Shown: positions 38,062 to 48,501, counted from the first letter of the stretch. The stretch is 64,000 bases of DNA from an uncultured Pseudomonadales bacterium (GCA_964487665.1 CAZARR010000004.1:816-64815); one strand, 5' to 3'. A program made the numbers and translations. Notes: a model not told the origin generated them from the sequence alone.

Positions 38062-39761
38062 AGTGAAATTGTAGCATTAGATTTGGTATGGGCCACAAAG
38101 CTGATCGCGGTAATAACGATAGATATCAAACTAATTATGTTGGCATATCGACGCAAAGGTGTGTCTGCATATATAGCCCTAATTTGATGGGTACCTTGGG
38201 GAATTGTGAAACTTATAGCGCCAATCTGACTAAGAAAGACTGGAGTATTTTGACCGTCGACTAAAATTTTCCACCCGGGATAATAGAAACTGTTGAATGT
38301 GGCGGTTGTGTTCGACGGTGTAGTTGTCAATACAAGATAGTCCAGCGGATTTTCTCTGATCTGGGTAACCAGTGCTCCGGGCAAGGGAACCTCAATTTTA
38401 GATGTCGGCATACTATCCGGTCTGATCGCATTTAAAGGGAGTGGATAATAGTTTTCTGTGTAATCAAGATATTCGGACGATACATTTTCATTTGAGTGGA
38501 TAATTTGATTGGGTAAATAACGACGGAGATAATAATCATCATTACGATTAACCCGCTCACCAACCTGAAAATAGTGAATGTTTACTGCAATAATTGATAA
38601 AGCAATTAGTAGGGCCAGGATTGGTCTTTTTACAAACATAGGAGTGGAAGAGACTAGTAGAAAAATCAGAGTTGTCAGAAAAGTAGTCGACATAAGCAAT
38701 CTCCAAGGAAACTGGATCGAATCAGTAAAGGGAAAGATTTGCCAAAGAAAAGCAGATCTGGTGTTCATAAGAAAAATAGTTGCAAAAAAGAACAAAAGAG
38801 CAAAAAGTAAAAAAAGATAAAAATTGTTTTGCCTTACTTTCCATGTTTTCGAGCGAAATATTGTAAAAATCCCTACAGCCACAAAAAGTAAATTGAAAGC
38901 GCCAATTTGAAATGACATTTGATCATCCGGTCCCCAATGAGACGATCCGTACCCCCACGCTGAGTAAATTAATTGTTTGACAAAAGGGAACTGATCGTAG
39001 AAATTAAACGGGGCTACTTTTTGTATGAAATGTTGTTCAAGAATAACTGGGAGTAAGTAGAAGGCGGAGAGTCCCGCAGATAAGATGGGTACGGCCAATA
39101 GTTTCTTTATTGCTCTGGTATTTTTCTCCATAGCTGCCGTTAGAAAGACAATGCCAAATATTACTGGGGCTACAAAAACCGTGGCAGGTTGGTGGGTAAT
39201 TATTAGTAGGGCACAAAAAATCGATGATAAAAAGACATCTCGATTCATATTATGTCTTAATATTCGAAAAAGGTAGTGAAATAACCAGGGGAAAAGTGCG
39301 ATGGCAGCAGATTCACCGATAGTTCCCCGGACATAAATATCGACGGCCCGATAGGGCGTGTAGGTATAAAGTACAGAGGCGGCTAGGGCATAAACTGGAG
39401 TGGCCATCGTTAACCCAAGAATATACATACCTAGTGCTCCAACGACTACTGAAATCAGCAGGATAATTTTGTAGGTGTCTACCAAGGTGAAACCGAGATG
39501 TTTGATGAGGTAGCCAAGATAGTACGGGAGCTGATAGTTAAATTCTGGATAGGGCGAGCCATATGTAAAATGCATATCGGGTGCCCACCGTGGTGGAAAT
39601 TGGCCTAAATCCATTACTTTGATAAATTGATGGAGGTTGGCGATTTGGGTCTCGTCATGAAAAGTAAAAAACCCTGGGTGGACGAGAGGAACAATCGAAG
39701 GGATTGTCAGCAAAAGAGTGGCTAACAAACAGATAAGTTTATTTTTGCGGGTTTCTTTCAT
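38034..39761 (-). CDS. Polytopic membrane protein, family A (PTPS-related-like), tandem copy 3
   Basis: HPGFFTFHDETQIANLHQFIKVMDLGQFPPRWAPDMHFTYGSPYPEFNYQLPYYLGY; 575 aa with a C-terminal extracytoplasmic domain. Confidence 0.5.
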   Translation of the reverse strand: MKETRKNKLICLLATLLLTIPSIVPLVHPGFFTFHDETQIANLHQFIKVMDLGQFPPRWAPDMHFTYGSPYPEFNYQLPYYLGYLIKHLGFTLVDTYKIILLISVVVGALGMYILGLTMATPVYALAASVLYTYTPYRAVDIYVRGTIGESAAIALFPWLFHYLFRILRHNMNRDVFLSSIFCALLIITHQPATVFVAPVIFGIVFLTAAMEKNTRAIKKLLAVPILSAGLSAFYLLPVILEQHFIQKVAPFNFYDQFPFVKQLIYSAWGYGSSHWGPDDQMSFQIGAFNLLFVAVGIFTIFRSKTWKVRQNNFYLFLLFALLFFFATIFLMNTRSAFLWQIFPFTDSIQFPWRLLMSTTFLTTLIFLLVSSTPMFVKRPILALLIALSIIAVNIHYFQVGERVNRNDDYYLRRYLPNQIIHSNENVSSEYLDYTENYYPLPLNAIRPDSMPTSKIEVPLPGALVTQIRENPLDYLVLTTTPSNTTATFNSFYYPGWKILVDGQNTPVFLSQIGAISFTIPQGTHQIRAIYADTPLRRYANIISLISIVITAISFVAHTKSNATISLCHKPRKLI

Positions 39762-41412
39762 TTGATATCACCACCCAGCTAATCAATGTGGCAGCACTAA
39801 TAAATGTGAGAAGGTTGGCTAATTGTCTAATTGGGGTATTTTCAAACCAGGCTTGAACTAGCTGTGGTCCTTTCCCAAGTTTAATAGTAATCAATCCGAG
39901 ATCATTATCAGTAGATATATCAACAGGCTTGGATTGTCCATTGATGTATACATGCCATCCGGGAAAATACATCACCGGGAATTCAACGGTGGCATCAATT
40001 GAGTAAACTTCTATTTCGCTAGCAAAATAATTCGATCTTTTGACAAATTTTTGCACATGTCCACCCCCCGTTTTCGTGGTGGGATTATCAGGGGCGAATT
40101 TTATGGGGGGGTTTTTGACGGTACGGGGAAGATAATCCAGTAAACCGCCTGCACTTTGGGTGACGAAAGAATCACCGGTAAGAATGTCCCGATCGGTTGT
40201 GGTAGGTAAATAGTCTCGAAAGCGGAAATGGTTGAAGCTTGGAAAGATTAATAGTGCGATAACCATCGAAAGAATAATCTTCTTTTGTTTAAAGTTGATC
40301 GAATCAAATGATAAACCTATTAAAAATGAGGTTCCGATGGCGACGAGGGCAAGAAACCTCCATGGAAATTGTGCATACGATAATAGTGGTAAGTTTTTCC
40401 ACAATGGCCACGATCGTCCATGGGTCATAAATAAACTTGCGAAAGTTAGGAATAAAAAGAAGATACTGATGGCGAATTTTTCTTTTTCATACTTTTTTAT
40501 CTGCCAGATAATTAAAATGGGTGAAAACACCAAAGTTATTAATGGGATAAGTCCAATAAAAAATGATAGCCCATCGATTGGACCGGACCGAGATGGACCA
40601 TACCCCCAGTAAAAGTCGAACAAAAGTTGTTTGATAGTTGCGAAGTGAATGAATACATTGAAGTAACCCTTGGTAAGGCGTTCGGACTGTATGAGGCTTG
40701 TCTCAAAAAATGCCGGGATAACAAAGAACGACGATAAACCAAAAGCAAGAACAAAAGCCGCCAAAAGGTATTTTAGAAGATTGGTATTTTTCTTGTGGTG
40801 GATAAATTGAATGATAGTGAAAATAATAATAAAAGGCGCGCATAATAGCGAAGTGATGTTGTGCGTAGCGAGAAATATCGCTAATGAAATAGCGCTACCC
40901 GCTGTATGGGTAACGGTGGCTTGTTTCACCAGTTTGGTTATTGAATAAAGAACAAGGGGGAATAAAGCCATTCCCCATAATTCGGCCAGAGCCCCGCGAA
41001 CAAAGACGTTGAGGATGTGATATGGCGCAACGATGTACGCCAAAGCAGCGATAAGGCTAGCCATCCTGCCTAGGTAATTTTTAAATAGTAGGTAAGCAAA
41101 ATACCCCGAGAAAAATATTGGAAGAAAGAACAATATCTTGACCGCATCCACGTACGATACCCCGAGCACGGTGAACACAGCCCCTAGATAGTATGGGAAA
41201 GCCGAGTAAAAGTTGAACATTGGCTGTCCATAACCCAATCCCATATCGGGTGACCAACGACAGGGAATTTGGCCATCTGCAAGACACTTGTTCATCTGGA
41301 AGAGACGCATTACGTGTAAGTCATCCTGAACCCAAAAGTATCCAGGCCTAAACAGCTGCCAACCGACAAGAAACGAAAAAACTAAGAGAATGACGAGGTC
41401 AACTTTCCGCAT
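39739..41412 (-). CDS. Polytopic membrane protein, family A, tandem copy 2
   Basis: RPGYFWVQDDLHVMRLFQMNKCLADGQIPCRWSPDMGLGYGQPMFNFYSAFPYYLGA. It overlaps the next gene by 23 nt. Confidence 0.5.
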   Translation of the reverse strand: MRKVDLVILLVFSFLVGWQLFRPGYFWVQDDLHVMRLFQMNKCLADGQIPCRWSPDMGLGYGQPMFNFYSAFPYYLGAVFTVLGVSYVDAVKILFFLPIFFSGYFAYLLFKNYLGRMASLIAALAYIVAPYHILNVFVRGALAELWGMALFPLVLYSITKLVKQATVTHTAGSAISLAIFLATHNITSLLCAPFIIIFTIIQFIHHKKNTNLLKYLLAAFVLAFGLSSFFVIPAFFETSLIQSERLTKGYFNVFIHFATIKQLLFDFYWGYGPSRSGPIDGLSFFIGLIPLITLVFSPILIIWQIKKYEKEKFAISIFFLFLTFASLFMTHGRSWPLWKNLPLLSYAQFPWRFLALVAIGTSFLIGLSFDSINFKQKKIILSMVIALLIFPSFNHFRFRDYLPTTTDRDILTGDSFVTQSAGGLLDYLPRTVKNPPIKFAPDNPTTKTGGGHVQKFVKRSNYFASEIEVYSIDATVEFPVMYFPGWHVYINGQSKPVDISTDNDLGLITIKLGKGPQLVQAWFENTPIRQLANLLTFISAATLISWVVISNERNPQK

Positions 41413-43075
41413 GCTTTGGTTTGTATAGAAACACTAATACTACTGCTGTTAGCCCCATAAAGGTTAGAAAGTTGCCAAATGTTCTGATGGGGGTGTTTTG
41501 AAGTCTTAGAACAACTTCGTTGGTACCTGCTGGCAAGATAAAGGTGGTTAAACCTAACTCGTTGTTGTGGTTGTGAATTGTCTTTTTACCGTTGGTCCAC
41601 ACCGTCCACCCAGGAAAGTCAAACTGGGGAACTCTAATTGTGGAGGGTTTTTGTGAAATAGCGCTAAAGGAAATTAAATTTGATTTTTTTGTATAGCGAA
41701 GAATCTGAGTGTCACCAGAAATAACTTCCGGAGAAATTGGAGCGACAAAAACAGGTGGGAATTTGGCGTAAATTGGCAAGTAATCGAAAATGCTGATAGT
41801 CATTTGTTTGTCCCACTGCTGACCTGATAGCTTTTCTTGCTGGGTGGTCTCGATCCAATAGTCTGGTCTGAAAAACGCAGCATTAGTGAGAAAGACAATT
41901 GAAATAACTGTCAGTAATAGATATTTACCAACGTTTTTTTGTAATGTAACAAACGGAAAGCCACAGGCAAGGGAGAAAAAGAAAGTTGATAGGGTTAAAA
42001 AACGCCAGGGGAACTGGAGATACTTTAAAACGCCAACACGTTGCCAGATAAAAGACGATTTTGAGTGGGTCATATACAGCGAAATGAGCCCGATTAATAC
42101 AAGGGTAAATCCTAAAATTACGGTCGGTCGCTCGTTTCGTGACCGGAGACGGGAGAGGGCGATAGTAACAGTTACTACCAATAGTAAGAGTGTAACCGGA
42201 CTGGTAAAGAAAGAGAGCTCATCGGTTGGACCGAGTACCGATGATCCCCGCCCCCAAAAACTAGTAAAGAATAACTGATTGATATTAATAAAATGAGCTA
42301 AATAATTGAAGTACCCGCTGATCATGCTTTCGGTGTGGGCGTATTGTTGTTCGAAAACCACGGGTAAAAAGAAGAAGCCGGCAATGGCAACGGACCAAAG
42401 CGTTCCTGATAAATGTAGTAAGATTTTCTTCTTGATTAAGGGTCTGTCCTTAGACAAGATGATGTTTACAAAGACAAAAATGGATGCCAGAGGTAAAAAA
42501 ATTAAACTGGTGATGTTATGAGAACATAATAAACAAGCTAAACTGATAGCAAAGAAGGCGACGTCTTTGGTTTTTTGTTTGGAAATAATTCTTTGTGAAA
42601 AATAGAGAATCAGCGGCATAAACATAAACGCCCAAGTTTCACCCATTGCCCCACGGGAATAGACATCTGATGCCCTATAGGGAGCATATATATACATAGC
42701 TGCAGATAGCAGACCTCCCATTTTGCCCCACATTTTCCGGGCTAAAAAGTACATAAATAGGCCACTTAGCAGCAATGGGGTAACAAACCCAAGTTTTACT
42801 GAATCAAGAAAGTTTAGTCCTAATAGGTGACTGACCTCCATGTAATAATATGGCAGGGGGCCATAGTAGTTGAACTGTGGATAACCGTATCCATAGCCCA
42901 TATCGGGGACCCATCGGCAGGGTATTTGAAGATCACTAAAACACTTGTCCATTTGATAAACCCGCATCACTTGCATGTTGTCATGCATCGGAAAGAAACC
43001 CGGTCTAAGAAGTGACGAAAAAGTGGGAATGGAAAGAAAGATGACGAGAAAGTAAGGCAAATAACGAGTAAACAT
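41399..43075 (-). CDS. Polytopic membrane protein, family A, tandem copy 1
   Basis: RPGFFPMHDNMQVMRVYQMDKCFSDLQIPCRWVPDMGYGYGYPQFNYYGPLPYYYME. The start is moved to the internal ATG at 43075 because the track start at 43144 overlaps the upstream gene by 68 nt. Confidence 0.5.
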   Translation of the reverse strand: MFTRYLPYFLVIFLSIPTFSSLLRPGFFPMHDNMQVMRVYQMDKCFSDLQIPCRWVPDMGYGYGYPQFNYYGPLPYYYMEVSHLLGLNFLDSVKLGFVTPLLLSGLFMYFLARKMWGKMGGLLSAAMYIYAPYRASDVYSRGAMGETWAFMFMPLILYFSQRIISKQKTKDVAFFAISLACLLCSHNITSLIFLPLASIFVFVNIILSKDRPLIKKKILLHLSGTLWSVAIAGFFFLPVVFEQQYAHTESMISGYFNYLAHFININQLFFTSFWGRGSSVLGPTDELSFFTSPVTLLLLVVTVTIALSRLRSRNERPTVILGFTLVLIGLISLYMTHSKSSFIWQRVGVLKYLQFPWRFLTLSTFFFSLACGFPFVTLQKNVGKYLLLTVISIVFLTNAAFFRPDYWIETTQQEKLSGQQWDKQMTISIFDYLPIYAKFPPVFVAPISPEVISGDTQILRYTKKSNLISFSAISQKPSTIRVPQFDFPGWTVWTNGKKTIHNHNNELGLTTFILPAGTNEVVLRLQNTPIRTFGNFLTFMGLTAVVLVFLYKPKHAES

Positions 43076-43076
43076 T

Positions 43077-44570
43077 TTACAGAAGAGTGTAGAGTTGAAG
43101 AGCCTCTCTTGTCCCGTCCGGTCTGGCAGCCTTGGGGTATTCATTGATTAGACGTAATTTGTGTAAAGATGAATCGTCGAGAAGGTTGCGTGATTTATTT
43201 AGCAACAAATATATGTCATTTTCGCTCGAAGTATTGAGAAGTGCGGTCGGGATTGACCGAACAGGCTGGCCGATACCGATAATAATAATATTGCGGATTC
43301 CTTCGGTATATATTTGCAACCCATCGGGTAGAGTCCCAAAATATCCTTCTGTACCAATAACGATTCTTTTCCCTTTGGCTGATTCATTTATTAAGTACTT
43401 TGCCACTTGTTTTTGGCCAGTGCCAGCCGTCCATTCTTCAAAATAACCACTACGCATATCCCGACTCATGGGACTTTTTTCGGGAATATATATATAACCC
43501 AAACTTAATAATAAGGGCCAGGTAAAGATTAGAGTGATAAGAATAACATTAAATCGTTTGGGAATATTCGATGCGCTAAGTGCTGCGGTAACAAATAGTG
43601 CTGGGGTAATAAACAAGATATACCTAGAGGTGTAAACCTTGGCTATTGAGGCCTGAATAACTAATGGCAAAAAAGCGATTGCCATCAATGCAAGGGTGGT
43701 TTTGGCTTTGTACAACCATGGTGAAATCAGTACAAATATTAATATCGGAGGAGTAAGCAATAACCACAGCCAGTTGATGCTGGTAAGAAGATTGCCCCTA
43801 AAGGGGTTCAGAGGGTGATGAAGTACTTCGCTAAAACTAAAAAGATAGTCCTGGTTTCGAGAATTGATCATATGAAACGCAGGTCCCAGACGTAGAATGT
43901 TGAACATCGCCTGGGATATTACAAAAGCAACCAGCCAGCCGCCAATAATCTTGAGATAGTCGTATTTTTGGTAAGATCTGTGTTCGAGATGGTAATAAAG
44001 GGCCAAAATTGGTTGCCAAAGATAGAAGAATATTGCTGGGGATTTGGTAAGCAAACCACCTCCAATGGCAAAGCCTAACAGCATGGCCATATCTAAGCGT
44101 TTGGTGCGGACAAAAAGCAATCCTAGAACCAAAGACCACACCCCAAACATGCACAAGAGGCTATCTACTAAGGCCATACGGTCAAAAAAGACGGTAAAGG
44201 GGGATACGGCATAAAGACTGGCGGCCAGTAGTGATGTAACAAGCTTTTTTGAAAGTAAGAATGTTAACAGGCTAGTTCCCACTAGCGTCCCTAACCCCGA
44301 TATCGTGGACAGTGACCTACCAGCGATTAGCGGATCAGAAAAGATTTTGAACATTGGTATAGTCAACCACATAAATAGTGGCTGTTTGCCATCGGTCTGA
44401 GGAAGAAACCGCAATGTGGCCTCGTTCTTCATAACCTGTGACCAGCGGACATATATGGCTTCGTCGACAAAAACTGGAATCTTGTCTATGTTAACCAATC
44501 TCAAATAGCAGAAAACGAGAAAGGTGGTGACAAATAGTGCAAGGGTCCAATATTTAGACAAGCTTTTCAT
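43077..44570 (-). CDS. ArnT/PMT-like GT-C glycosyltransferase
   Basis: LVNIDKIPVFVDEAIYVRWSQVM is an ArnT-type DEaxY motif. It is polytopic with a C-terminal periplasmic domain. The start is taken at MKSLSKYW (44570), and the track start at 44624 is the alternative. Confidence 0.55.
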   Translation of the reverse strand: MKSLSKYWTLALFVTTFLVFCYLRLVNIDKIPVFVDEAIYVRWSQVMKNEATLRFLPQTDGKQPLFMWLTIPMFKIFSDPLIAGRSLSTISGLGTLVGTSLLTFLLSKKLVTSLLAASLYAVSPFTVFFDRMALVDSLLCMFGVWSLVLGLLFVRTKRLDMAMLLGFAIGGGLLTKSPAIFFYLWQPILALYYHLEHRSYQKYDYLKIIGGWLVAFVISQAMFNILRLGPAFHMINSRNQDYLFSFSEVLHHPLNPFRGNLLTSINWLWLLLTPPILIFVLISPWLYKAKTTLALMAIAFLPLVIQASIAKVYTSRYILFITPALFVTAALSASNIPKRFNVILITLIFTWPLLLSLGYIYIPEKSPMSRDMRSGYFEEWTAGTGQKQVAKYLINESAKGKRIVIGTEGYFGTLPDGLQIYTEGIRNIIIIGIGQPVRSIPTALLNTSSENDIYLLLNKSRNLLDDSSLHKLRLINEYPKAARPDGTREALQLYTLL

Positions 44571-45315
44571 ACTTGCCTTGTATATCCAAAAGCTTAACTC
44601 TCGATATTTGTTTGAGCATATCAAGAGATTCCTTGATAAATTTACGGGATTTGCTTGAAGAAGTGTCCTCGTTTCGCCATTCTACGGGCACTTCTTTTAT
44701 TTTTCCTCCCATTTTTTCGATCATAAACAAAAGCTCTACATCAAATGCGCTCACAACCCAGCCCGTCACTTTTTTGTTCGATGAAAAATTACCAAGTTTT
44801 GGGAATATTTTTTTTAGAATATCTGATTGATATAATTTGAAGCCGCACTGAGTGTCAACAATATCTCCTAACAATAGGGAGCGCCTAAAAAGAATGAAAA
44901 TATTTGAAGCGATTCGTCGAAATATTGTTGATGCCTCTCGCTGACGTCCCCGAGAGCCGATAATTGCAGCATACCCTTGGTCAATATATGACATAAGTTT
45001 ATCAATTTCAGAAAATGGGGTCGATTGGTCCATGTCGGTGGTAAGAATATACTTGCCTGTGGCGGCAGAGATACCAACCTTTAACCCTCCGGCTTTGCCG
45101 ATATGTTCGTTTTCGAGAACAATTAACCGGGGTTCATTTTTAGCGTATTCCCTAATAAATTCTCTACTGCCATCGGTGGAGTTGTCCTCGCAAATAATAA
45201 CTTCGTAAGAATATTTCTTTTGCCTCAAGTAGTCAAAAACTTGGTCTAAAACTCCTCTTTTTAGGTTTTCTAGTTCGTTGTAATTGGGTATGACAACTGA
45301 CAACAGCGGCTGCAT
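44554..45315 (-). CDS. Glycosyltransferase family 2, DPM1/polyprenyl-phosphate glycosyltransferase-like
   Basis: LSVVIPNYNELENL...VIICEDNSTDGSREFI...ILTTDMDQSTP; 253 aa and soluble. It lies directly upstream of the ArnT-like gene, an ArnC/ArnT-like pairing. Confidence 0.8.
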   Translation of the reverse strand: MQPLLSVVIPNYNELENLKRGVLDQVFDYLRQKKYSYEVIICEDNSTDGSREFIREYAKNEPRLIVLENEHIGKAGGLKVGISAATGKYILTTDMDQSTPFSEIDKLMSYIDQGYAAIIGSRGRQREASTIFRRIASNIFILFRRSLLLGDIVDTQCGFKLYQSDILKKIFPKLGNFSSNKKVTGWVVSAFDVELLFMIEKMGGKIKEVPVEWRNEDTSSSKSRKFIKESLDMLKQISRVKLLDIQGKYEKLV

Positions 45316-45323
45316 AAGGAGAA

Positions 45324-46313
45324 TTATAACTTGTTTTGCCTTTTGAGTTGCTCGATGCAGGCAACAAACCTGTCTTCCAAATGGTGCATACTTCCCCGAA
45401 ATAAGAAAGAGGCTGAGGCGGCGTGGCCACCTCCACCAAAAATATGGGCCACCTGAGATACGTCAACAGACGGATCCCGGCTCCTAAGAGATACCTTGAT
45501 GTACTCGGGGTCTTTTTCGACCATAATTGCCCCAAACTTGGTGTTTTGAATTTTTCCGGCAAATTTGTTAGCTATTATTCCAGTACCCGGAGACAGGCCA
45601 ATCTTAAGGTAATCTGGGTAGGTAAATTTCATCCAAGCATAATCACCAGAAGGTGACAATTTGAGCGATTGGAGACAAACACCCCAGGCTAAATAATCTT
45701 TTTGAGTAAAGTTTTTTTCTAATTGAGTCTGGCAGAAATTATAATTTGCGCCAGATTTAATCAGTTTGGCCGAAATTTGAAGGGTTGTGGCTGTAGTGTT
45801 TGTGTTGGCAAATGTACTGGTGTCAGAAATTATTCCTGAGAGCAAACAAGTGGCGATGTCTGAGGATAGATGAATATCAAGATTGGGGAGTAGGCGTGCG
45901 ATCATTTCGCAGGTGGAGGAATAATTTGGATCGACCCAACTGAAGTTTGATCTAATCTTGCTGTCGGGATGATGATCAATGTTAATAAGATGATTTTTAT
46001 CCAATTTCGGTGTGGTGCTACGAGAAACTAAATTCCAATTGGCAGTGTCCAAACTGAGGTAGCATCGATACGGATACGAGAGGGCTGTTTGAAGAGAAAT
46101 GGTTTCGATTGAATCTGCCCAAGGTATAAAAGTCATGCCATGAGGAATTGTGTCCTCACAAAATACTTGGACGGTTTTGCCAATCGATTCAAGGGCAATT
46201 TTTAATGCCAAGGCAGAGCCGATCGAGTCCGGATCGGGACCGAGGTGTACGTGGCAAAGAAAGGAATCTGTGGTATGAATTAATTTAATAATTGAATTTG
46301 GAGGAGTTGTCAT
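45324..46313 (-). CDS. DHH-family phosphoesterase (NrnA-like nanoRNase/pAp phosphatase)
   Basis: CHVHLGPDPDSIGSALAL (DHH motif I), LINIDHHPD (the DHH motif) and the GGGHAASASF DHHA1 glycine motif. The start is at the internal ATG 46313, giving an ATGA overlap with the upstream stop; the track's N-terminal extension is discarded. Confidence 0.7.
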   Translation of the reverse strand: MTTPPNSIIKLIHTTDSFLCHVHLGPDPDSIGSALALKIALESIGKTVQVFCEDTIPHGMTFIPWADSIETISLQTALSYPYRCYLSLDTANWNLVSRSTTPKLDKNHLINIDHHPDSKIRSNFSWVDPNYSSTCEMIARLLPNLDIHLSSDIATCLLSGIISDTSTFANTNTTATTLQISAKLIKSGANYNFCQTQLEKNFTQKDYLAWGVCLQSLKLSPSGDYAWMKFTYPDYLKIGLSPGTGIIANKFAGKIQNTKFGAIMVEKDPEYIKVSLRSRDPSVDVSQVAHIFGGGGHAASASFLFRGSMHHLEDRFVACIEQLKRQNKL

Positions 46314-47788
46314 TGTGAATGTATAAGTCGGTAGATGGAAATGTAATCGATTTGCCATTTCTCTACTACCTTCGCCGGTCCAAAAACTGCAATTTGCCAT
46401 TGGGAATTTCCCTCTGGTTGGCAGGTGTCACCGTCTTCGCACACAACAAATAGTTGGTCCGTAATACCATTCTCACCTCTGATTAATTTGGCTTTTTCAT
46501 TCTCGAAAAAATAACGGTACGACTCGTCGTAATTCTGTTTGGCTATTAGGCCGAAGTTAAAAGGGCGATCGTTTGATTTGTCTCTGATAAGTTCGGTAAC
46601 GGCCCTGGTCCGCCAAAGCAACCGGTTTGGCGACTGAAATAATGGGTTGTTAGCAATGTTGATAATAGTCAAGCTAAATAACCCCAGACCGCCAATAAGT
46701 TTTAGAAATAGCCTGGATTTTCTAATAAAAAAGCTTACGGATATTCCAATTAGTAGGAAATATGCAGGGTAGCTCATTCCAAAGTAATGCGAGTAGATCG
46801 GTTGATGATAGAACGCCAAACCAAAAATAGGAGCTAAACTCCAGATGTATAGAATCGAATATTGTAACTGATGTCTATGGCGAAAAACGTGCGCAATGGT
46901 GATAAGAAACAGAATTACAAGAATTGCTGGGTAAATTGTTAGTGGCCTGTAAAAAAGATAAACTGTAAGTTTTTCTAACATCTGCGCTAGATGTTGAGGT
47001 GAGGGTATTGCAAAGTTGGATTGATCTTTGACAGAAAAAAATGTGCTAAGACTATGCAGGTTGAGGAAGTTATGTTTGATATCATAAAGTAACAGAGGTA
47101 TTTGAAATACAAAAAAGACTAGTAAAGCGCTGATGGTGTGATCAAAAAGTTTGTTTTTGGAATTTTTAGACAGTATTAGTTCTCGTACCCAGATAAATAA
47201 GAACAGTGGTAGTAAAAATACGGCCAAGTAATGTAACTGAATAGCTAAGCCAAAAAGTGCAGCCGATATCAGCAAGTATACTTTTCTGGAGGATTTTGCG
47301 TATTTGTAAATAAACCAGGTCACCAGTAACGAGGCTAGAGGTAACGGGTTAGGATTCCAAGAAAAGGTAGACGTTTTTATCGTCAGTGGTGAGGTGGCGT
47401 AAAGAAATGCACCAATAAGTGCCGCCATTTGGCCAAACCATACTCTTCCTATTAGCCAAATTAGGAATACAGTAGCAACTGAAAGCAAAGCAACGATAAT
47501 AGCTGGGCCAGAAGGATCTGATGAAATAAATAGTGATGGAGCGATAAGGTAGTAATAGAATGGTCCAAGATAAGCATTGCCCACACTTGTTTGCGGTCCA
47601 ATGAATACTAGGTTTCCTTTTAATAGGTCGCGAACAACCCTCATATCCCTGCCTTGATCGCCTAAAAAGATTAGGTAGTCGTTGATGCGATACAAACGCA
47701 AGAAGGCGGAAATAATTACCACAAAAGCTATCAGAAAAAGTTCCCGTTTATTTGATCTGACCCAGGCGGTTATTTTAGCTTGCGCCAT
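46310..47788 (-). CDS. Polytopic membrane protein, family B paralog
   Basis: IFLGDQGRDMRVVRDLLKGNLVFIGPQTSVGNAYLGPFYYYLI; 492 aa. It is immediately downstream of a DPM1-like GT2. Confidence 0.5.
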   Translation of the reverse strand: MAQAKITAWVRSNKRELFLIAFVVIISAFLRLYRINDYLIFLGDQGRDMRVVRDLLKGNLVFIGPQTSVGNAYLGPFYYYLIAPSLFISSDPSGPAIIVALLSVATVFLIWLIGRVWFGQMAALIGAFLYATSPLTIKTSTFSWNPNPLPLASLLVTWFIYKYAKSSRKVYLLISAALFGLAIQLHYLAVFLLPLFLFIWVRELILSKNSKNKLFDHTISALLVFFVFQIPLLLYDIKHNFLNLHSLSTFFSVKDQSNFAIPSPQHLAQMLEKLTVYLFYRPLTIYPAILVILFLITIAHVFRHRHQLQYSILYIWSLAPIFGLAFYHQPIYSHYFGMSYPAYFLLIGISVSFFIRKSRLFLKLIGGLGLFSLTIINIANNPLFQSPNRLLWRTRAVTELIRDKSNDRPFNFGLIAKQNYDESYRYFFENEKAKLIRGENGITDQLFVVCEDGDTCQPEGNSQWQIAVFGPAKVVEKWQIDYISIYRLIHSQ

Positions 47789-48486
47789 AGGCGGAACAAG
47801 TCAACAAAGCTCTTGACAATTACGTTGAGTTTGGCTCCGGTAGCCTCACCATTTTTACGTGGATAGTGGTTGACGCCAATTTCGACAATCTTGAATCCCA
47901 AATTTTGGGCTTTGATAAGAAATTCACTACTAATGAAGGCGCCTCTTTCGCTTTCGAGCTTGGGAATAGAATCGACGATTCGTTTGGAAATTAATTTAAA
48001 TCCACAGTCTATATCACGAACTTTTAGACCAAAAAGAATGTAAACAATGCTTTGCCACAATTTTGAATTTAGCTTCCGGGCAAAGGATACTTTACGGTCG
48101 AGATAGTAGCCGATGACTGCGTCTGCGCGGGTCTTTTTTTGGATGGTGATAAATTTATTAATTTCAGAAAAATCAAATTGCCCGTCTGCGTCAATAAAAG
48201 CGATCCACGGGTGTTTAGAGGCATATAGGCCTGCTTTGAAAGCTCCGCCGTACCCGCGGTTGGGACGATGGTGAATCACTTTGATGTGGGGGTCTTTGGC
48301 GGCTAATGAATCGGCAAGCCGGCCAGTGTCATCCGTTGAGCCATCGTCAATGATTATTATTTCGTAGTCTCTGGCTACTTTACGTAGATTGGAGGCAACG
48401 TTTTGGGCGGTCTTTTGTATGTTTAAAGCCTCGTTGTAGCAAGGCAGGAACACAGACAGACTATCGAGATTATTTGGCTGGGGCAT
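47770..48486 (-). CDS. Glycosyltransferase family 2, DPM1/polyprenyl-phosphate sugar synthase-like
   Basis: LSVFLPCYNEALNIQKT...IIIIDDGSTDDTGRLA...AFIDADGQFDF; 238 aa. Confidence 0.8.
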   Translation of the reverse strand: MPQPNNLDSLSVFLPCYNEALNIQKTAQNVASNLRKVARDYEIIIIDDGSTDDTGRLADSLAAKDPHIKVIHHRPNRGYGGAFKAGLYASKHPWIAFIDADGQFDFSEINKFITIQKKTRADAVIGYYLDRKVSFARKLNSKLWQSIVYILFGLKVRDIDCGFKLISKRIVDSIPKLESERGAFISSEFLIKAQNLGFKIVEIGVNHYPRKNGEATGAKLNVIVKSFVDLFRLWRKLK

Positions 48487-48501
48487 ATATGAGGTATTAT
48501 A
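48487..48501 (-). promoter_or_regulatory. Putative -10 box (TATAAT) placed 9 nt before the ATG of the GT2 gene 47770..48486, giving a near-leaderless transcript
   Basis: The minus-strand sequence reads cactagcacTATAATacctcatatATG. The same 15-nt spacer carries a GAGG Shine-Dalgarno site for the divergent plus-strand GTG gene at 48502. Confidence 0.3.

Noticed and set aside
45324-46400. N-terminal 29-aa extension of the DHH phosphoesterase (track start 46400)
   Set aside because: The extension would overlap the upstream GT-C gene by 90 nt. The internal ATG at 46313 gives a canonical ATGA stop-start coupling and the expected DHH N-terminus.
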